NCBI GenBank assembly: GCA_001179505.1 | Contig: CDMY01000288.1 | Location: forward strand, 62,001-126,000 | Reading direction: 5' to 3' | From: Vitrella brassicaformis CCMP3155 | Lineage: Eukaryota; Protista; Chromerida | Length of the DNA: 64,000 bases | Part shown: piece after piece, positions 35,939 to 50,900 of the stretch | Position numbering within the stretch: position 1 is the stretch's first letter | Layout of the letters: every line of letters starts with the position of its first letter | Made by a program: the position numbers and the translations under genes | Notes under the pieces: generated by a model | Databases searched by the model: none | What the model was told of the DNA's origin: nothing | The model's input: the letters and a program-made list of their open reading frames with translations, nothing else

Positions 35939-38900
35939 TCAGTCATTGAGCATGCAAAGGAATGCGGCTCCCTTGAGCACCCAGTAGTCAGGGGGCTTCT
36001 CGGTCGGGATCTCAATAGCTATCACGAAATTGGTCGAATGACCTGACAAACACAGAACAGCACAGATATGGAGAGACACGTTCTCTCACCCACGTTGCCC
36101 TGTCCGTATGCTGTCATTTCACCTGTGGTGGACAGGGTGCCCGCTCGGACCGATGTCTTGTATAGTGGGCATGTGTAGTCCGACGGGTTGGGCTTGTAGT
36201 GCTCGCACGGCTGGAAGTGCACTATGGGTGCGGGCTCGTACATGACACCCGGCAGCTGGTCCTCAATCACCATCTTGTCGAAGTCCCACCTCGCGCCGTC
36301 GAAGAACATGCCGTAGATGTAGCAGCCCTCTTCCGGCGGCTCCTCGATCTCCCTGCGGACATACACAACGGCGAGATAATCACAAGGTCGATCAACAACT
36401 GCCTGTTCGCCTACTGTGCGTCCTGGAATTGCTGAGCAATAAACTCAAAGGAGAGGATGTCAATGGGCACCTGATACTTACGAGAGTAGGCCTGCAGCAC
36501 AGCTGTCAAAAACCTGCAGCCACAAACACACAAGAGAGAGACATGGAACGGAAACTCTCTGCAACGCTTTAACAGACCCTTGCGGGAAGAAAAATGACGA
36601 AATCCAAAAGGCACGCGGCTTCCCCGTCTCGATCCATGCAGCAAAGAACTTGACCTGTAGTACCAAATGGCAAGCAGCCATTACGATGGCCTGATGATGG
36701 CCGCTCACCCACCCGTTCAATGAGGTCTTCGAACCAGGACGTCAGTGGTTTGAGCGAAGGGTAGGCGACCTTGGACCACACAGACGGTACCTGGTTGTTG
36801 AGGAAGGCGCCGTACATGAGGTCGAGATCCTCCGACATGACGATCAGACCCTTGACGGCCTTCTTGAGCAGAGACAGGGAAGACGACATTTTCCTCAGCA
36901 GCCTGTGAAGGCAGCGAAACACATCATGTGTGTGTGCGTCTGGAGACCAGAAAAGGCTCCCTTACTTGTTGAATCGCTGCATTTCTTGTGTGAGACACGT
37001 GCCGAGCGACTCCATGATGCCCGTCTCTGCATTCTTAGCGAAGGCAGATGGGTGGGCACCCTCCTCACTCAGCAGCTGCACACATTGAGGCGCGACCAAT
37101 ATTATTGCCGATGGGTGATTGGGCCATATCGTTGTCCTTACTGCTGGCACTCGTCCTGAGATCGACTCGGCGACTTCCAGGACGATCTGGTCGGGCGATT
37201 TGCCCCCGCCGCCACCCCCCTCTCTAAGACGCATCGGCACACACATGAGAGGCGGACGCAATACACCCTACTCTGTGCTCTCGTCAGTGCCTACCTTGGC
37301 TGTATGGACAGCACAGTGGTCAGTACAGCGTCTGATTCCTGCTTTTGGAAGTTGATGTTGGCGTTGTCATGCATCCCGAATATCTCGGGGGAGTCGGACA
37401 GAGGCAGCTGCTCTACATAAGACACGTAGGCTGCAAGGTCGCCGTCGACTGGGGCTTTGTAGGTGCCTGATACGCATATGGAGAGACGAATCAGGAAACC
37501 ATAAGTCCCTGGTGCGAAGTGAACTCACCGGATTCTGAGAAGACATAGTCGTCCTCCAGGATGCTATTCGTGACGTATCTGTTGAGGATGCTCATCAGCA
37601 GCCGCCGATCGAGGTCATCCGTCACGCGACCCCCGTAGTTGATCTGACCGATGACGAAGAGCAGCGTGTCGAACGGCACTTTCTCGAAGGGCCCCTCGAG
37701 GATGTTCTTGAGCACAGTCACAGAAGTCTCCAGGTCGCTGTTGTTGAACTCATACCGCACGTTCCATCCGAGCGGCCCGAACTTCCTCCTCTCCTGCACG
37801 ATAGCGTGGAAGAACTGCAGGCCGAAGCGGATCTTCTTCCACTCGTGGATCCTCGAGCAACCTTCGAGCTCGGCCTCAGTGGTGTCCATCAGCGACCTCT
37901 TGACATTTGCGCGGATGCCCTTCGGCGGCTCGTTGGTGAGCTTGACGCCATTTTGCAGCACAGGGACCGGGAAGTATGGCGCAGGCATGGATGTGAGCCA
38001 CAGACGGAAGTCGGGGTGGAGTGTGGGGTCCTCAGGGAAGCCCTCAACGATCTTCTCCAGTTGTGGCATCCACGACTTGGCCAAGTGACAGTTCTGCAAC
38101 AGTACCCACGAGCCGTCTCTCGATGCCTGCTCGATGAGCTTCTTGGCCCGAGGGCCTTGCCCCTGTCCCAGCGAGATCTTGCCCAGCCGATCGTCAGGGA
38201 TACCCTTCTCCGATGCAAATCGAAGGAGCATGCCTGTGGGGTCAGCTCCCGTTGAGAGCACAAAGATGACCGGGGTGGCTGATGTGGTGTCGGCATAGAT
38301 CTCCTCCATCCGTGGCAGAGCCACCTCGACAAAGCTGCGACCCAGGCGCTTCTCGACCACTTGCGCGACGGCGAAAGAGACCTTTTCCTCCCTCAGCGCC
38401 TTGATGACCAAGAGCTTGTGGAAGGGCAACAACTCATTGACCTCCTCATATCTTGCCGGCAGTGGCACCTCTTGCGGCTCTGCGGCGGCAATCCACTCCC
38501 TCCAGGCCTCTAGGTTGTCCTTGATGTGTTGGCAGATGTCGGAGCAGCAAGTGGCCATGCACTGGGCGCCATAGAGGAAGAGCCAGCTCTTGTCAGAAAT
38601 GAGGGCTTGGTCGGGCTTCTTGGGCATGTCCTTGGTGCTGAGAAGACCTGGACCTCGCAGCAGGAGACTCCACTCCTGTGAAGAGCAAGAGACATGAGGC
38701 GATGTTTCCAGAAGCAGTTTGCTTGAGACGCCTACCGCTGCGTTGATCTTCTCTTCCTCCTGTCTCAGGATTTGCATGGCAATGATGAAGGAGAAGATGA
38801 GCTTGTGGCGCTCGAAGAGACCGCGACAGATGTTGCTGTAGATGACCGAGGTGATGTTTTCAACCAGAATGGCTAGCCGCTCCTCCAACACGTCACGCTT

Positions 38901-41900
38901 GGCCGACGAGTCAATGACTTTGTTGAAGAGGCGCGTGAAATAGGTTAGCGAGAACTGGTACATGGGGTCGATGTTGGCGAGATCAGCAATGACGAAGTAG
39001 AGAATGGAGCCGCGGATGGCCACTGGGGTGTATTGCTCACGAGCGCGCTTGATTTCGACCGCCATGATTTCTGACTCTTCTACTCGCTTGTTGATGTCGT
39101 TGGCAGTGACCTTGGACTGGCTGAGTGTGTTGATGAGCTCAATGTCGTCAAGGATCTCGCCAGATGACTCAGACAGGAGACGCAAGATGGTGTCCTCCTG
39201 AAAACACGAACAGAGAGACATCAAGAATCATACATCCGCTTTCTGATGTGGGAGTGTTACCAGTCCCTTGAGTGTGGCTTTGTCCTCGGCCATCTGTAGG
39301 ATCAATTTGGTGTTCCTCTCCTCTGTCTCGGGTATCTCCTTCTTGACCACATCACCCAGCAACTGCTGCGTCAGGCCGTCGTAGGTGACGGTGAAGTTAA
39401 TGACGGTCACCTTGATGCACACCTCCGGTAGATAGTGCGGGTTGGGCATCTTGGTCGTCATGTAAAACTTGAAATGCATGTCGTAATCCACGTCAGAGTC
39501 GCCTGAAGGAAAATTTGCACATTTGTTGAATAGGCTGGGACAGCCACGAAACCCTGCATGCTCACCGAGGTGTATCTGCAGCCGCCCATTGTTGTCGAAA
39601 ACCGCCTTTGCGAGCACTGGTTCCAAAGCGGGATCAAGCTGCTCACCGATGTCCTCAATCTGCAAGGCACTCACTGTTTTGATGGCTGTCGACATGTCTG
39701 TCTCTGTCAGCAGCGCACCAGCATGGGCTGTCCGAGTCTGATGCATGCCTCAAGGATGTTGAGCAGCCTGGGGTCTGCCAGCTTGGTGATCTTGATGCCG
39801 TTGGGTGACTCCATGTTCTTGATCCACTTGTTGGCCTGCGCTTGCGGGTCGATCATGAGAGGCCAGCGGGTGCCGCGTGACACCAAGATGCCGTTGTTGA
39901 GAGACACGTCATCAGAGGGAAGACCCTGGACACAGATTAAAACCAAACAAGGAGCTGCTGATCACCGTCTGCACGACTCATACCTTGATGTTCCAGTCTC
40001 TCAGCTCCACTGGATTGCCCATGATGCCCTTGAGGTCGAAGGAATCAGAGGCAGGGACGCTCTGCTCATGTGTCTTCTCCAGCCACTTGGCCACAATCTC
40101 ATCTCTGTACTGGCCTGTGAATGGGCCATAGTATGATATGCATGCAGCTGAGAGGAAGACATCGCCGATGAGGTTGCGAATCTGGCCGGCCATCATGTCC
40201 ACTGACTCCTTCCACCGCACCTGGACAAGAACATCATACGACATGCTCACAAGTGCGCCACACTCGAGCACGGTGTGGGCCTACTTGTTCGTCTGCAAGG
40301 CCGCCTGTCAGCTGCCCTGCTCTCACAAGCCGGGCCTCCGTGAGCTGGGCCTCGTGGATGAGTCTGTTCTTCTCATTGTTCGTGTCCTCCAGCTGCTTCT
40401 CCAGAGCAGCCACCTTGTCCAACACAGACTGCAGCTTCTCCTTTGCTTCCTTGAGCTTCGCGTTGGCAGCATCCAACTGACACACGCACGAGCCACAAAT
40501 CGAACAACTGATGTCAGTCCTTTGCCATCTCACACATACATACCTGAGCATTCATCTCCTCAAGCTTTCGCTTTTTGGGTTCGACCTCCTTGGCAACTTT
40601 TGAGTAGGTGTCCATAGCATGTGTCCACATGCACAGAGACTTCGCCGCCTTGGACTGCGCGCCGACGCTATCGGGAGAGTACTCCGGCTTCTGCACGTAC
40701 TTCTCGAGTTTCTTGAGGATCGGCTGCGGGATGTTGTCTTTGTCAAAGTTCTTGAGGCGGGCTAGGAAGCCGGTGTCGGAGAGGACCTTCTTGGCCGAGT
40801 CCCAGTCTGGCTTTTCACTGAGGAGGATGTTGACGGCCTCCATAGTCATCATGACCAGGGGTGGCGGCTTGGCGAAGGACTTGATCTCAGTGATGTCCTT
40901 CTTGTCCAGCGAATCGAGGGCAGCTGAGAAGAAACAGGAGAGACGAGAGGCCCGTCAGAAAGAAAAACACGTATCACCTTTTCTTCTGACCGAGTGCAGC
41001 GTTGAGTGCAGGCATGGCGACGTCCAGGTCCTTTTGAGCATCGGCCTGCAATGCTGCCACCTCCTCGGCCTGGGCTCCGACGATCTTGGCCTCTTCGTCG
41101 ACCTGGCAAGAAACAAGAAAGCAGCAGTTTTCGTGTCTCGTGCATGAAAATCCACATGCATGGTCTCTCACCTTTGCCTTCTCGATGTCGGCATTCTTTT
41201 GATCCTCGGTGACGACCACCAAGAGCTCCTCGGCCTCCTGCTTCTTCTGCTTCAGCACAGGCTCAAGCGCTGTCAACTCCTGTGGGAAAAAACGATGGCG
41301 TGAGTACGTACGAGGCTGTGCGATCGACTCTTCTTTGTTGGCGAGTACCGTTTTGAGATTGGCGACTTCTTTGTTGGTCTCTTCCAGCTTGGTCACGCCC
41401 ACTGCAAGGCGATTGCGCTGCGTGCTGAGCTGCTCTGTCTTCTCCTCAAGCATCTGATGAAGGCAGGCATTCTTGTATACAGACACTGGTCTTGCTGCTG
41501 TTGTCAGATGGGTATGTCGCTCGCCTTGAGATAGAGGCTGATGAGGTCCAGATAGGATTTGGGTGTGACGTAAACGTGTCTCCTCAGGCGCTCGAGGAAG
41601 ACATGCGACGTCTCGATCACAGACATATGGACAGTCTTGCACATGTCAATCAGACCGTGCTTGATCGGCTCATCAACCTGAAAACACACTCAGACAAAGC
41701 AATCACGAACAGATGACCGCGTAGGCGCCTTTGTTCGACCTGCAGGTTGGCGAGGAAACGCGTTGCGACACTCTTGAGGGCATCTTCTGGCCACGGATGG
41801 AACCAGTCGATAGTGCAGCAGTTGACGAGGGACGGGAACATGCGCATCCGGATACGGAGGGCATCGCCGACGGGGGACATGCACAGGACGATGTGGAGAT

Positions 41901-44900
41901 TCTCACGCACACGCTCGACGAAAAACTGATACACGGGATCCCGACCCTCAGACCTACAAACCATAACAATAAGACGAGACAAAAAGGTTGATGGAGAGCG
42001 TCCAATGACCGGCTTACCTTCCTTTTTCCTTTGCGATTGGTCTGAGATCATTGACGATGCGATCGACTTCATCGCTAGGGAAAAGGTTGGGCACCTCCCC
42101 TGCGTTGAGAATGTTGTTGATATCCTCAAGGAATGTCTCGTCGATTATCTGGCTGTCGGTGAAGAGAAATGTCGTGGGTTTGCCCTCACCCCCGCCCGCC
42201 TTCAGCATGAACTTCCTCTCGTCCTCGCGGAATAAATCCACACCATACCCCTTTACCACAGCCACCTCACACTAAAAGAGAAAAGTCAAAGGCCACCGAT
42301 TTTGCAAGTCTCTTCCGCCGTCGCTGCTTGATTACCGATTCCATTTCGGACAAGGAAGCAGCAAGCCGCGTCAAGGACTGCTTGCCTGAACCTCCGACAC
42401 CGACAAGCATGGCGTTGCCGCGTGGCTGTCTAAGGATGCGTGCGATGCGAGACACGTGCTCGATGGCGTCCTTGAAGAAGACCAGATTCATCGGCGTCGA
42501 GTGGGTCAAGTTGTACTCGTCGCAGTAATCTTCCAGCAGCTTCGCGACCTGTGGGTGGCACACATGGTGAAAGGGGCTGTGGCGTATTCGAAAAGCTGCT
42601 TTTCCGTGTCGACTCACCTTGCCCATGTCCTTGACTTCCTCATAAACGCGTTGATCAGCGCCAGGCCGCAGGTAGTCGCCCCACATGATGGTGTTGTTAA
42701 TGAATGTGTCATCGGCCGTCCACTGGAGGCGGAACTTGCCCTGCAGAAGCTTGATCATGGCGTCACGGAACCAGCCTAGCGCACGAACATTGAAACATAG
42801 ATACAGAACACACGTCCAAGGGCCCATGTGCTCACCTTTGTCGTTTTCGTCGATGAGGCGGTCATGGAAGACCCTCATTGTCTCGTGGATCCAAAGTCGC
42901 GTGAAGGCATCGGCTGATGTGGCGTGCATGGGCTTGACCATGAGCACCCCCTGGAAGACCTTGGACACGTCACGCAGGTTGAAGGTGTAGTGCGACCGGG
43001 CGGGCGTCGGCAGCAGCTCAGCACTGATCCGTGTGTAGATCTCTGACACAGAAGCCACACGGAGAGACATTGCAAATGTCTGCTTCTTGCCGCCACGGCT
43101 CCTTGGTGGCCTACCTACCGATGGTCGACTCCACGACTGGTCGAGACAGCAGCGCAACCTCTGACTTGAAGCCCTGCGCCAGGAAGCCCTGGATGATGTG
43201 CATGAAGATGACCGTCATGGCCTCCTCAGAGGTGGCCGGCATGCACAGGATGTGGGAGTGGCGGACGAACCGGGGTGTGAGTTCGTTGCGGCCACCACCG
43301 GGAGGCGCGGCACACAGAAGCAGCATGGTGTTCTCGATTTCCTTCCAGAACAGCTTCTTCCGGTCGTAGAAGCCCTTGAAGTCCTGGAACTGTCGCAGCA
43401 GCTCGATTGGAGGCTGTGCGCCGTATGTCTCGACGGCCGGCATGTTGACGTCATCCACGAAGACGACCACTTGATCCACACCCGGGGGAGCGCCGAGCTG
43501 TCAAGGACCGGAGAACAAAGTATGCTCGTCTGTCTGTGCCTGTGCCTGTGCCTGTGTCTGTGCAAAGTGGTTGGATCAGCCCTGCTTACCAGCGTCTTTC
43601 TCTTCTTCTCCAGTTTGCCTTCGATGGTGAGCTGGCTTTCGATGGCCTTGGTCTGTGCGGAGAAAGTCATGAAGATGGGCGACACCCTCCCGGCAGCCTT
43701 GAGCTTGTCCAGCAGGTTGGCCGCAATCACAGACTTGCCGATACCAGACACACCTGCACGACACGAGGGGGTAGAGTCACGGATCCACAAAGGAGTCTAG
43801 TCTCTGTTGTGTCGGATTGACCTGTGAAGAAGACGGACGCTCTCTGGTGTATCATTCGGTCTAAAACATAGGCGAAACGCACTGTGTCCTTGTTAGGGAC
43901 AAGAAGGCTGAAGTAGGATGCGTCAGGCGTGTAGTGGAAGGTTGGAAGTATTTCGTCCCAGGCTCGAATCTTGCCGAACTTGAGGTCCACGAAGCCGTCA
44001 TAGACACCTCCTCCCCTCGGCCATTGCACGCCCTGATCGATTATGAAATGCATCTCAGTAGCAAAAGTCGCTTTTGTGTCTTTTACCTCTCCCATTTGGT
44101 CTTCTGCAAACTTGGCGAACTTCTCCCGTGTCAGAGTGTCGAGCGATCCCCCGAGGGCCCACGTGTAGGCAAAGGCAAACACCATGGGAATTAGGCTCTC
44201 GACAAACTTCTCGCCACTCTTCGTCACATCCACTGCCGGCTTTCCGTCCTCTGCGTCGACTGAACACACCACACCAGCCATCAAGTGAAAGCGTTTGTGA
44301 CACATCAAAGTAAGACACCGCCTGTGGTCGCACCTGAGGCGATGCCGTTTGGAGTGCCGGCATTCGGATTGAGGACGGCGTGGAAGAGATTGCAGAGCGA
44401 GTAGACGAGATTGTTGTCCACCGATACCACGGGCTCGACGCAGTTCTTGCGGACGAACGCCAGACCTTTGTCAACATGCGCCTCAAAGAGATCCCATATC
44501 TTGGTCTTCAGATTTTCACTGAAGAGGCCTGTTGGGAGACTGCATTTAGGTGTAGAGACATGAAAACGATTTGATTCAACAAGTCCCTGGCAGCTGGCTG
44601 TCTGCTCTCTCACTTGTGCAGCCAAGTCTTGGCATACGGCCTCCATCCCAAGTCAGACGGCGTGAGGTAGACCATCCCACATCGGCTCACTGTAGCAGGG
44701 GAGGCCACAGCGAGGTCCTGCACCTCGAAGAGCATCCGCATCTCCTGCTTGAGCTTGATGCGCTCGCCATTGGCAAGACAGAGGGTCATGTTGTCGTCGA
44801 GTACGGTGTTCATGTTCTCGATCCAGATAGCGTCGACTGGCCCGTCAAAGATGGTCCACTTCTTGTCGGGAGTCTCCTCAGAGACATAGCCCCTGCAGCA

Positions 44901-47900
44901 GAGAAGAGAGGAATCGCCTGTATCTAGTCGTTGCGTCCAGTGCTTGCAGACCTCATAATAGTGGATCCAAGCCCATCGGTCCACTCCTGCGTGAGCTCGT
45001 TGAACTCGCCATAAAGCTCGCCCATGGTGATGCACTTGGGATTCAGCACACTGTAGTGCACAACCTGGTAGTCCTCCTTCGGGTGGCCCTCCTTCCTCAG
45101 CTTGGTCATGGCGCCGGCCAGCATCTTGTAGCACACTGTCTTGCCGCCAGTGGTGGGGCCAACGAGCATGACGCCGAAGCGCACGTTGAATGTCTCGTAC
45201 AGTTGGATGACCTTCTTGATGAGGGGCTCGTGCACCTGGTAGCCACCCTCCGCCATGCACGCCTCGATAGACGACTGAAGCTCGCCGTAGTCGATGAAAG
45301 GAACCTCAACGCCAGGGAAGAGATCCGACACAATGGCGTAGAAAAGAGGAAGGTCGTGCGCCAAAAACTTCGGTACATTAGAGTCACTGCATAGTCACAG
45401 TCCTGTACTCTCTCCTGTTAGCTGTCGTTTCTTCGTGTCTCTCACCGCATGGCTCTGATGAGCACGATGTCCTCTGACAGGTCCGGCTCAGCTCGCTTCA
45501 AAGCGCCGGCCATGACAAGCACCGACTTGACGGCACGCATACCGAAGTCATAGTGGTCCTGCTGTGAGAGCTGCTCGGAGGAGAGCTTGTACAGCTTGGT
45601 GAACTTGCCCGACAGTTTCTTGGCCTCCCCGAATCCCTCAGCGAACAGCATGATCTCGGCAATGAGTGTGTAGTCGGGCACCATCATGGACACTGGACGA
45701 AACAGCACCTGAGAGAAGAGAAAGCACTTGGCGTAGAGCAGCAGCAGCAGCAGCAAGAACGTATGGTGTCTGTGTACCTTGAGGTTATCCGGCAGCTCTG
45801 TTCTGCCTGCATAGCCAGGGTTCATAGTGATGAACACGCCCAATGTGGGTTTGAGCTTGAGCACACGGCCCTCGAACAGGAACTCGCTCTTGCCGTCCAG
45901 CAATGCCACACGGATCGTAAGCAGCTGCTGGGCAATGACGGACAGCACCTCAATGTCGATACGGTTGAACTCGTCAAGGCACGTCCACGCACCCGCAGTC
46001 ACCACACCTGCACACAGCAAAGGAAGGAGACACATACATCATCACACACTGCCCTTCCCTGAATCCGTGTTGGTCACCAGAGTAGAGCTTGGCCATCATT
46101 TTGTAGTCGATCTGGTCAGAGCAGTTGAAGACGACGCACTGCCTGGCGATGGCTTTGGCCAAGTCCTTCGTTGACTCTGTCTTGCCCGTCCCTGCAGGGC
46201 CCGCGGGCGCAGCTCCCAGCTTGATGTGAAGTGCTCCCGTGATGGTCAGCCAGCACCTGTCTGTCAGCGGGGTGATTACCAGACGGGACGTGGCGCCCTG
46301 GTACTCGTAGCCGAACCGGATGCGGGCGTCGACCTGCCGGATGATGCAGTCGTCTTCGTCGGTGTCCCAGTAGTACTTTAGCTGCTGCTGCCACTTGAAA
46401 CTGTTTGCAGGAAAAGACAGAGACAGACAGTGGTGATTGCATGAAGCAGGGAGAAAAGGCAAGGCAAAGGGACGACCTTACTTGTTGACGTCGGTGACTT
46501 GTGCCTTCCTGAGCTCGTCGACGATATCTCGATTGTGCACATCTTGGATGGCCAGGGCCACCACGCTCTTTCTCTGGATTGATGACAGCTTCCCTCGCAC
46601 CAAGGCCGTCAGGTCGCTCAGCTGCTCCACATTCTTGTCGAACCAATCGTTCATCTTATTTAGGGGATCGTCACCTGCACCACACAGACAGTGCTTCATT
46701 GCAAGGCATGGCATGTGCGTGTTCGTGCCTGCTTACTGTGCAGGACTTCTTCAGTTTCCGAGCACCACATGATTTGTGAGACACAGCTGACGACCTGTGC
46801 CTTCGAGTTAGCGACCCAGTCCTTGCGAGAGGGCATGGCGTATTCCTTCCAGCCGTTCTTGACGACCACCTGCAGCGACTTGACCATGTGGTCCTCCACC
46901 TCCAGCAGCCACTTCTCCACGGGACCTCGTGCCTTCATGACCTTGTAGAACTCCACCTCCTCACCCTCGCCTGATATCATTGCGTGAATGTCCTGCAGAT
47001 AAACGTCACATTGATGGACGTGAATCGGTGAAGCCAGTCGTTGGTTGCATACCGCGCTTCGTGCGTCGTCTCCCAATCGCAGCTTGACGAGGTTGTCGAA
47101 GCACTTGCGAAGGTGGGGCTGGACGGCCTGAGGTCGGCGTGCTTGCGCAAGGATCTCCAGCAGCTCGTCGTTGGAGAGGAAGAAGAAGCGGGGGAAGGCC
47201 TCACGCTTGCTCTGTGGACAACAGACACATGAAGGGCTACATATGTGTGAGTATTCACTGGAAGACGCACCTGCAGGTAGTCCTCAAGGCTCTTTTGTAT
47301 CTCATCGAGTGTCTCATTGAATTGTCTGAACAGCTCCAGCCTGCCGGTCTTGGTGCACGCCTTGAAGGCTACCCCATACTCGTTGGTCTCCTTCATGATG
47401 GCCTTCCACTGGGAGTCCACTGCAGAGAACTTCTGCGACTCAGACGGCAGCTGCTTGCGGATATCGCCCGCCGAGAAGATCGACTCGAGGTACATCCAGT
47501 TGCGCTGCACCTGCAGCCACTCGTCAAGCGTCTCCTGGAAGAGAATCAGGTTCTTCTGCCAGCCCTCGACCTCATCGCGGATCGGACCCACATAGCGCGA
47601 GCCGGCAATGGTCGAGATCGTGACGAGAGAGTCCTCGAGCGTGGCGATGACTTCGTCGACGCCTCCCAGAATGAAGACGTCTTTGGAGTCCTTGTAGGAG
47701 AGCACCGTGAGCTGTGTGTCCTGCCAGACGCCCTTGGCTTTGTCGAGCATTTCCTCCAGCGCCAGCTCTGCCGTGGCCTTGCCGCTGATGTCCTGGATGT
47801 CCTCGGTGTATTGTCCCACACCCATCTCCAGCAGACGTCCGAGAGTGAAGTCCTCGTTGTCGAGCTCCAATGTCTGGCCAATGAGCTCGTTGATTTTGGT

Positions 47901-50900
47901 CCAGTGTCTCTCTTTGAGGGCCTTGTTACGGAGGGCGAGCACGACTGGCATGGTATTCTTGAAGTTGATCACCACATCCTTCAGCTGGAAGACCACGGGA
48001 TTCTCAGGCATTGCCTTCTCGGACTGCAAAGCCACCTTGTTATAGACCTGCATGATGACCATAATGATACAACATATACACAAGTTTGAGCAACGTGATG
48101 TAGCTGAGCAGCTGATGTGTACCTGTATCTCCTTTTGGATGGTCTCGACATCGATTTCTGAGAATTGTGTGTCGTTCCAGACTTTGCTGAGCTTGTCCCA
48201 TGCGTCGATGGACCGCCAGAGCTTGGCCTTGACCTGGAAGCTGCCCTTCATGTCCTCGACCTCCTCAAATGGTGTCACATCCATCTTCAGCACCTCCTGG
48301 TACCTGCAACCCACACACGAAACACATACATGCATTATCGTGTCTCTTCATATATTGAGTTGCAGTGTACCTGTTGTATCTGACAGCATCGCTGCTGGCC
48401 GCCTTGACCATTTCTTCGATCTCCTCGATTCTTTCCAACACCTCAGCCCGCTTGGCCTTGGGGTTCTCGAAGATCTTGTCCTCAAGCCGCTCTGCGACGC
48501 GCTCCACGTCCTTGTACAGCTGTGGGATGTCATGCTGCAGCTCTTTGGAGAAGCGGGACACGTTGCTCTCAGATGACTCTTGCGAGAACTGCAGCTGGGT
48601 CCTGCAAATGAAAGAGGCGATTAGACACATCACTTTCCTTGATGGCATGCTAACCTCAGGGCGTTGACGGTGGTAGCGAGCTCGAAGAAGGCGTTTCTCT
48701 GTGTCGAGGTGATCCTGACCTCGTGCTGGTTGAGGAGCTCAAAGAGGTCGGCGATGTATTGGTATTTGCGGTCGGTGTCGGGCACGCCGTCCAGCACTTC
48801 GTTCAACAGAGACATGAACTCGACATACTAAGGCACAGATCGACAGAGGACAATGCAGCCATGATTACGGAAAAGCTTTATGAAGCCCGTCTACCTCATC
48901 GACGTTGCCAGGCAGCTGTGCCAGCTTTTCATTCGCTTCCTTCAGCTGCTGGGTCAGTTCAGCCGTCTTGTCCATCGCAAGCTGTATTAGCAAACCACAT
49001 ACACGCATCCATGAGGCAGACAGACGCTTTGTTCATGTGCAGCCGACTGACCTCAGGGATGTACTTGGTGAGGAGTTGCCAGCACCTCGTCGGTGATGGC
49101 ACCAGTGTCTTCTGCATTTCTGTGCCATCCAGCTGAAACAGACCCAAATCCACCTGCAGAGATTGTCAAAGGAAGGCACCAGTGGTCGATGCATCGAGCC
49201 CCAATCGCAGAGTGTAGCCATTCACGCACGCACTTGTGTCTGCAGAGCCTTGACGCTGTCTTGTTGGCTCTTGTATTTGTCAAGCGCCTTCCTGACCGTC
49301 GGCAACCAAGACCATCCATTCGGTATGGTGTCGATTAAAGTTCCATACATACGCAAATTCGAGCAGCTCGACGTCCTGGAAGTCACTAAGGGTCGTGCCT
49401 TCGTTCTCGACATACATAGTCACGAAGTCCTGGGGCAGAGACCAACGCCACGACAATGCATATCTTTGCACAAACGATCTTGGCTGAACGAGTCAGTTAC
49501 TTACCTGGTATTGCCTTGCATGTGCCACCAGCAGATGGAACAGCTCATCGAACCTCCTGCCGATGTCCCGCATGAGTTTCTTGAAGCTGGCGTCGGCCGT
49601 AATCTGCGAGAAAAGGTCGACAGTGGCCTCCTCGCCCCTGTCATCGCCCAGCTCTGCGAGAGGGGCGGTGAAGGGCTGGAAGTCATCCAGCTGCAGGAAT
49701 GTCGGGCAGCTGCACACTGTCCTCACGGCATCAAGAAGGACCGCTTCAATGGAAGCGCGGAAGTTGTGCCTGCAATACGGAAGGAAGAAGCGAATCAAGA
49801 ATATCTTAGGTCCCTTTCTGTATCTGCATGTGTGTGCATGTGCGTACCCCGAAGGATTGAAGTCGATGCCTGTTGGATCAAACACGACACTCACTACAAA
49901 TATCTGACAGACGATATGGAAATGAGACACGACGTGGCCAAGACATACACGCACCGGTCTGTCGGCCGAGGGTCCCTTCATAGGACCCTTGCCGCCCCGC
50001 AGGCTGGGCCGTCTCTTCTTGGTGAAGTCTTCGCTCCCGCCGGCCTCCTGTGGGCCCTGGTTCTCCAGCTCCCTCCTCTGCTGCTTCTCGATGAACATTA
50101 TCAAGGAATCCAAAAACCTAAAGACACAAGTGCCTCTCCTTTCTGTTGCATCGCTGTGCGCTTCTTTCCCATGTATACATGGTAGTCGAATTTCTCGCGA
50201 GGCTAGCAATGGCATCAGAGAAGAGATACTGCGCCGTCCTGATGAACTTGGTGAGCTTGCGGCACTGAGTCCGCGTGGTGGCCCTCTCGGTGTAAGACAT
50301 GTTGGAGTCGCCTCCCATGCCCATCTTGCCTTGGGTGGGCGGCGGGCGAGGGACAATCATCCCCGCACCACGACCGGCAGCAGGCACAATGGCACTTGTG
50401 TCGCCTCGCCGAGACTTGTTTGCTGAGAGACAGACAGATGGACAGATTGACAACACAAATTGTCGACAGACTGCAGTCTCTGCACATCTACCTGTGACGG
50501 CCCTTGAGGCCTCATGCGTGTCGTCAGGTCGTGACTCAGCGTCGAGGGCACGCGCACCAGGTCCGAATCCGTTGGCCTCGAGGAAGGCCTGGAGTGAGTA
50601 TGTACACGACTGCAGCACCTCGTCTCGGATTGCGGTCCAGATGGTGTTGAGCTCAGCCAATATCTCGCCACGCCTTCTCTGCTGCACGTCCAAAAACTCC
50701 TGTTGGTTGCAATGAGAGGAGAAAGACAAAGACATCATTGTTTGAATATCGCCCATTGCTCTGCGGGCTTACCTGGAGTGTGTATGTCCTGTCGAGGTCG
50801 TAGTGTATGAGCGGCCAGGAGGTGAGGCGGAAACACAAGGCGCGGACCTTCAGCAGAGAGCCGCGCAAGCTCGAATCCAATACAAATAGATTGGAGGTCA

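Noticed and set aside
28740-48089. Long antisense ORFs such as 28740-29624, 37806-38255 and 47139-48089 (+)
   Set aside because: They are shadows of GC3-rich coding exons on the opposite strand.
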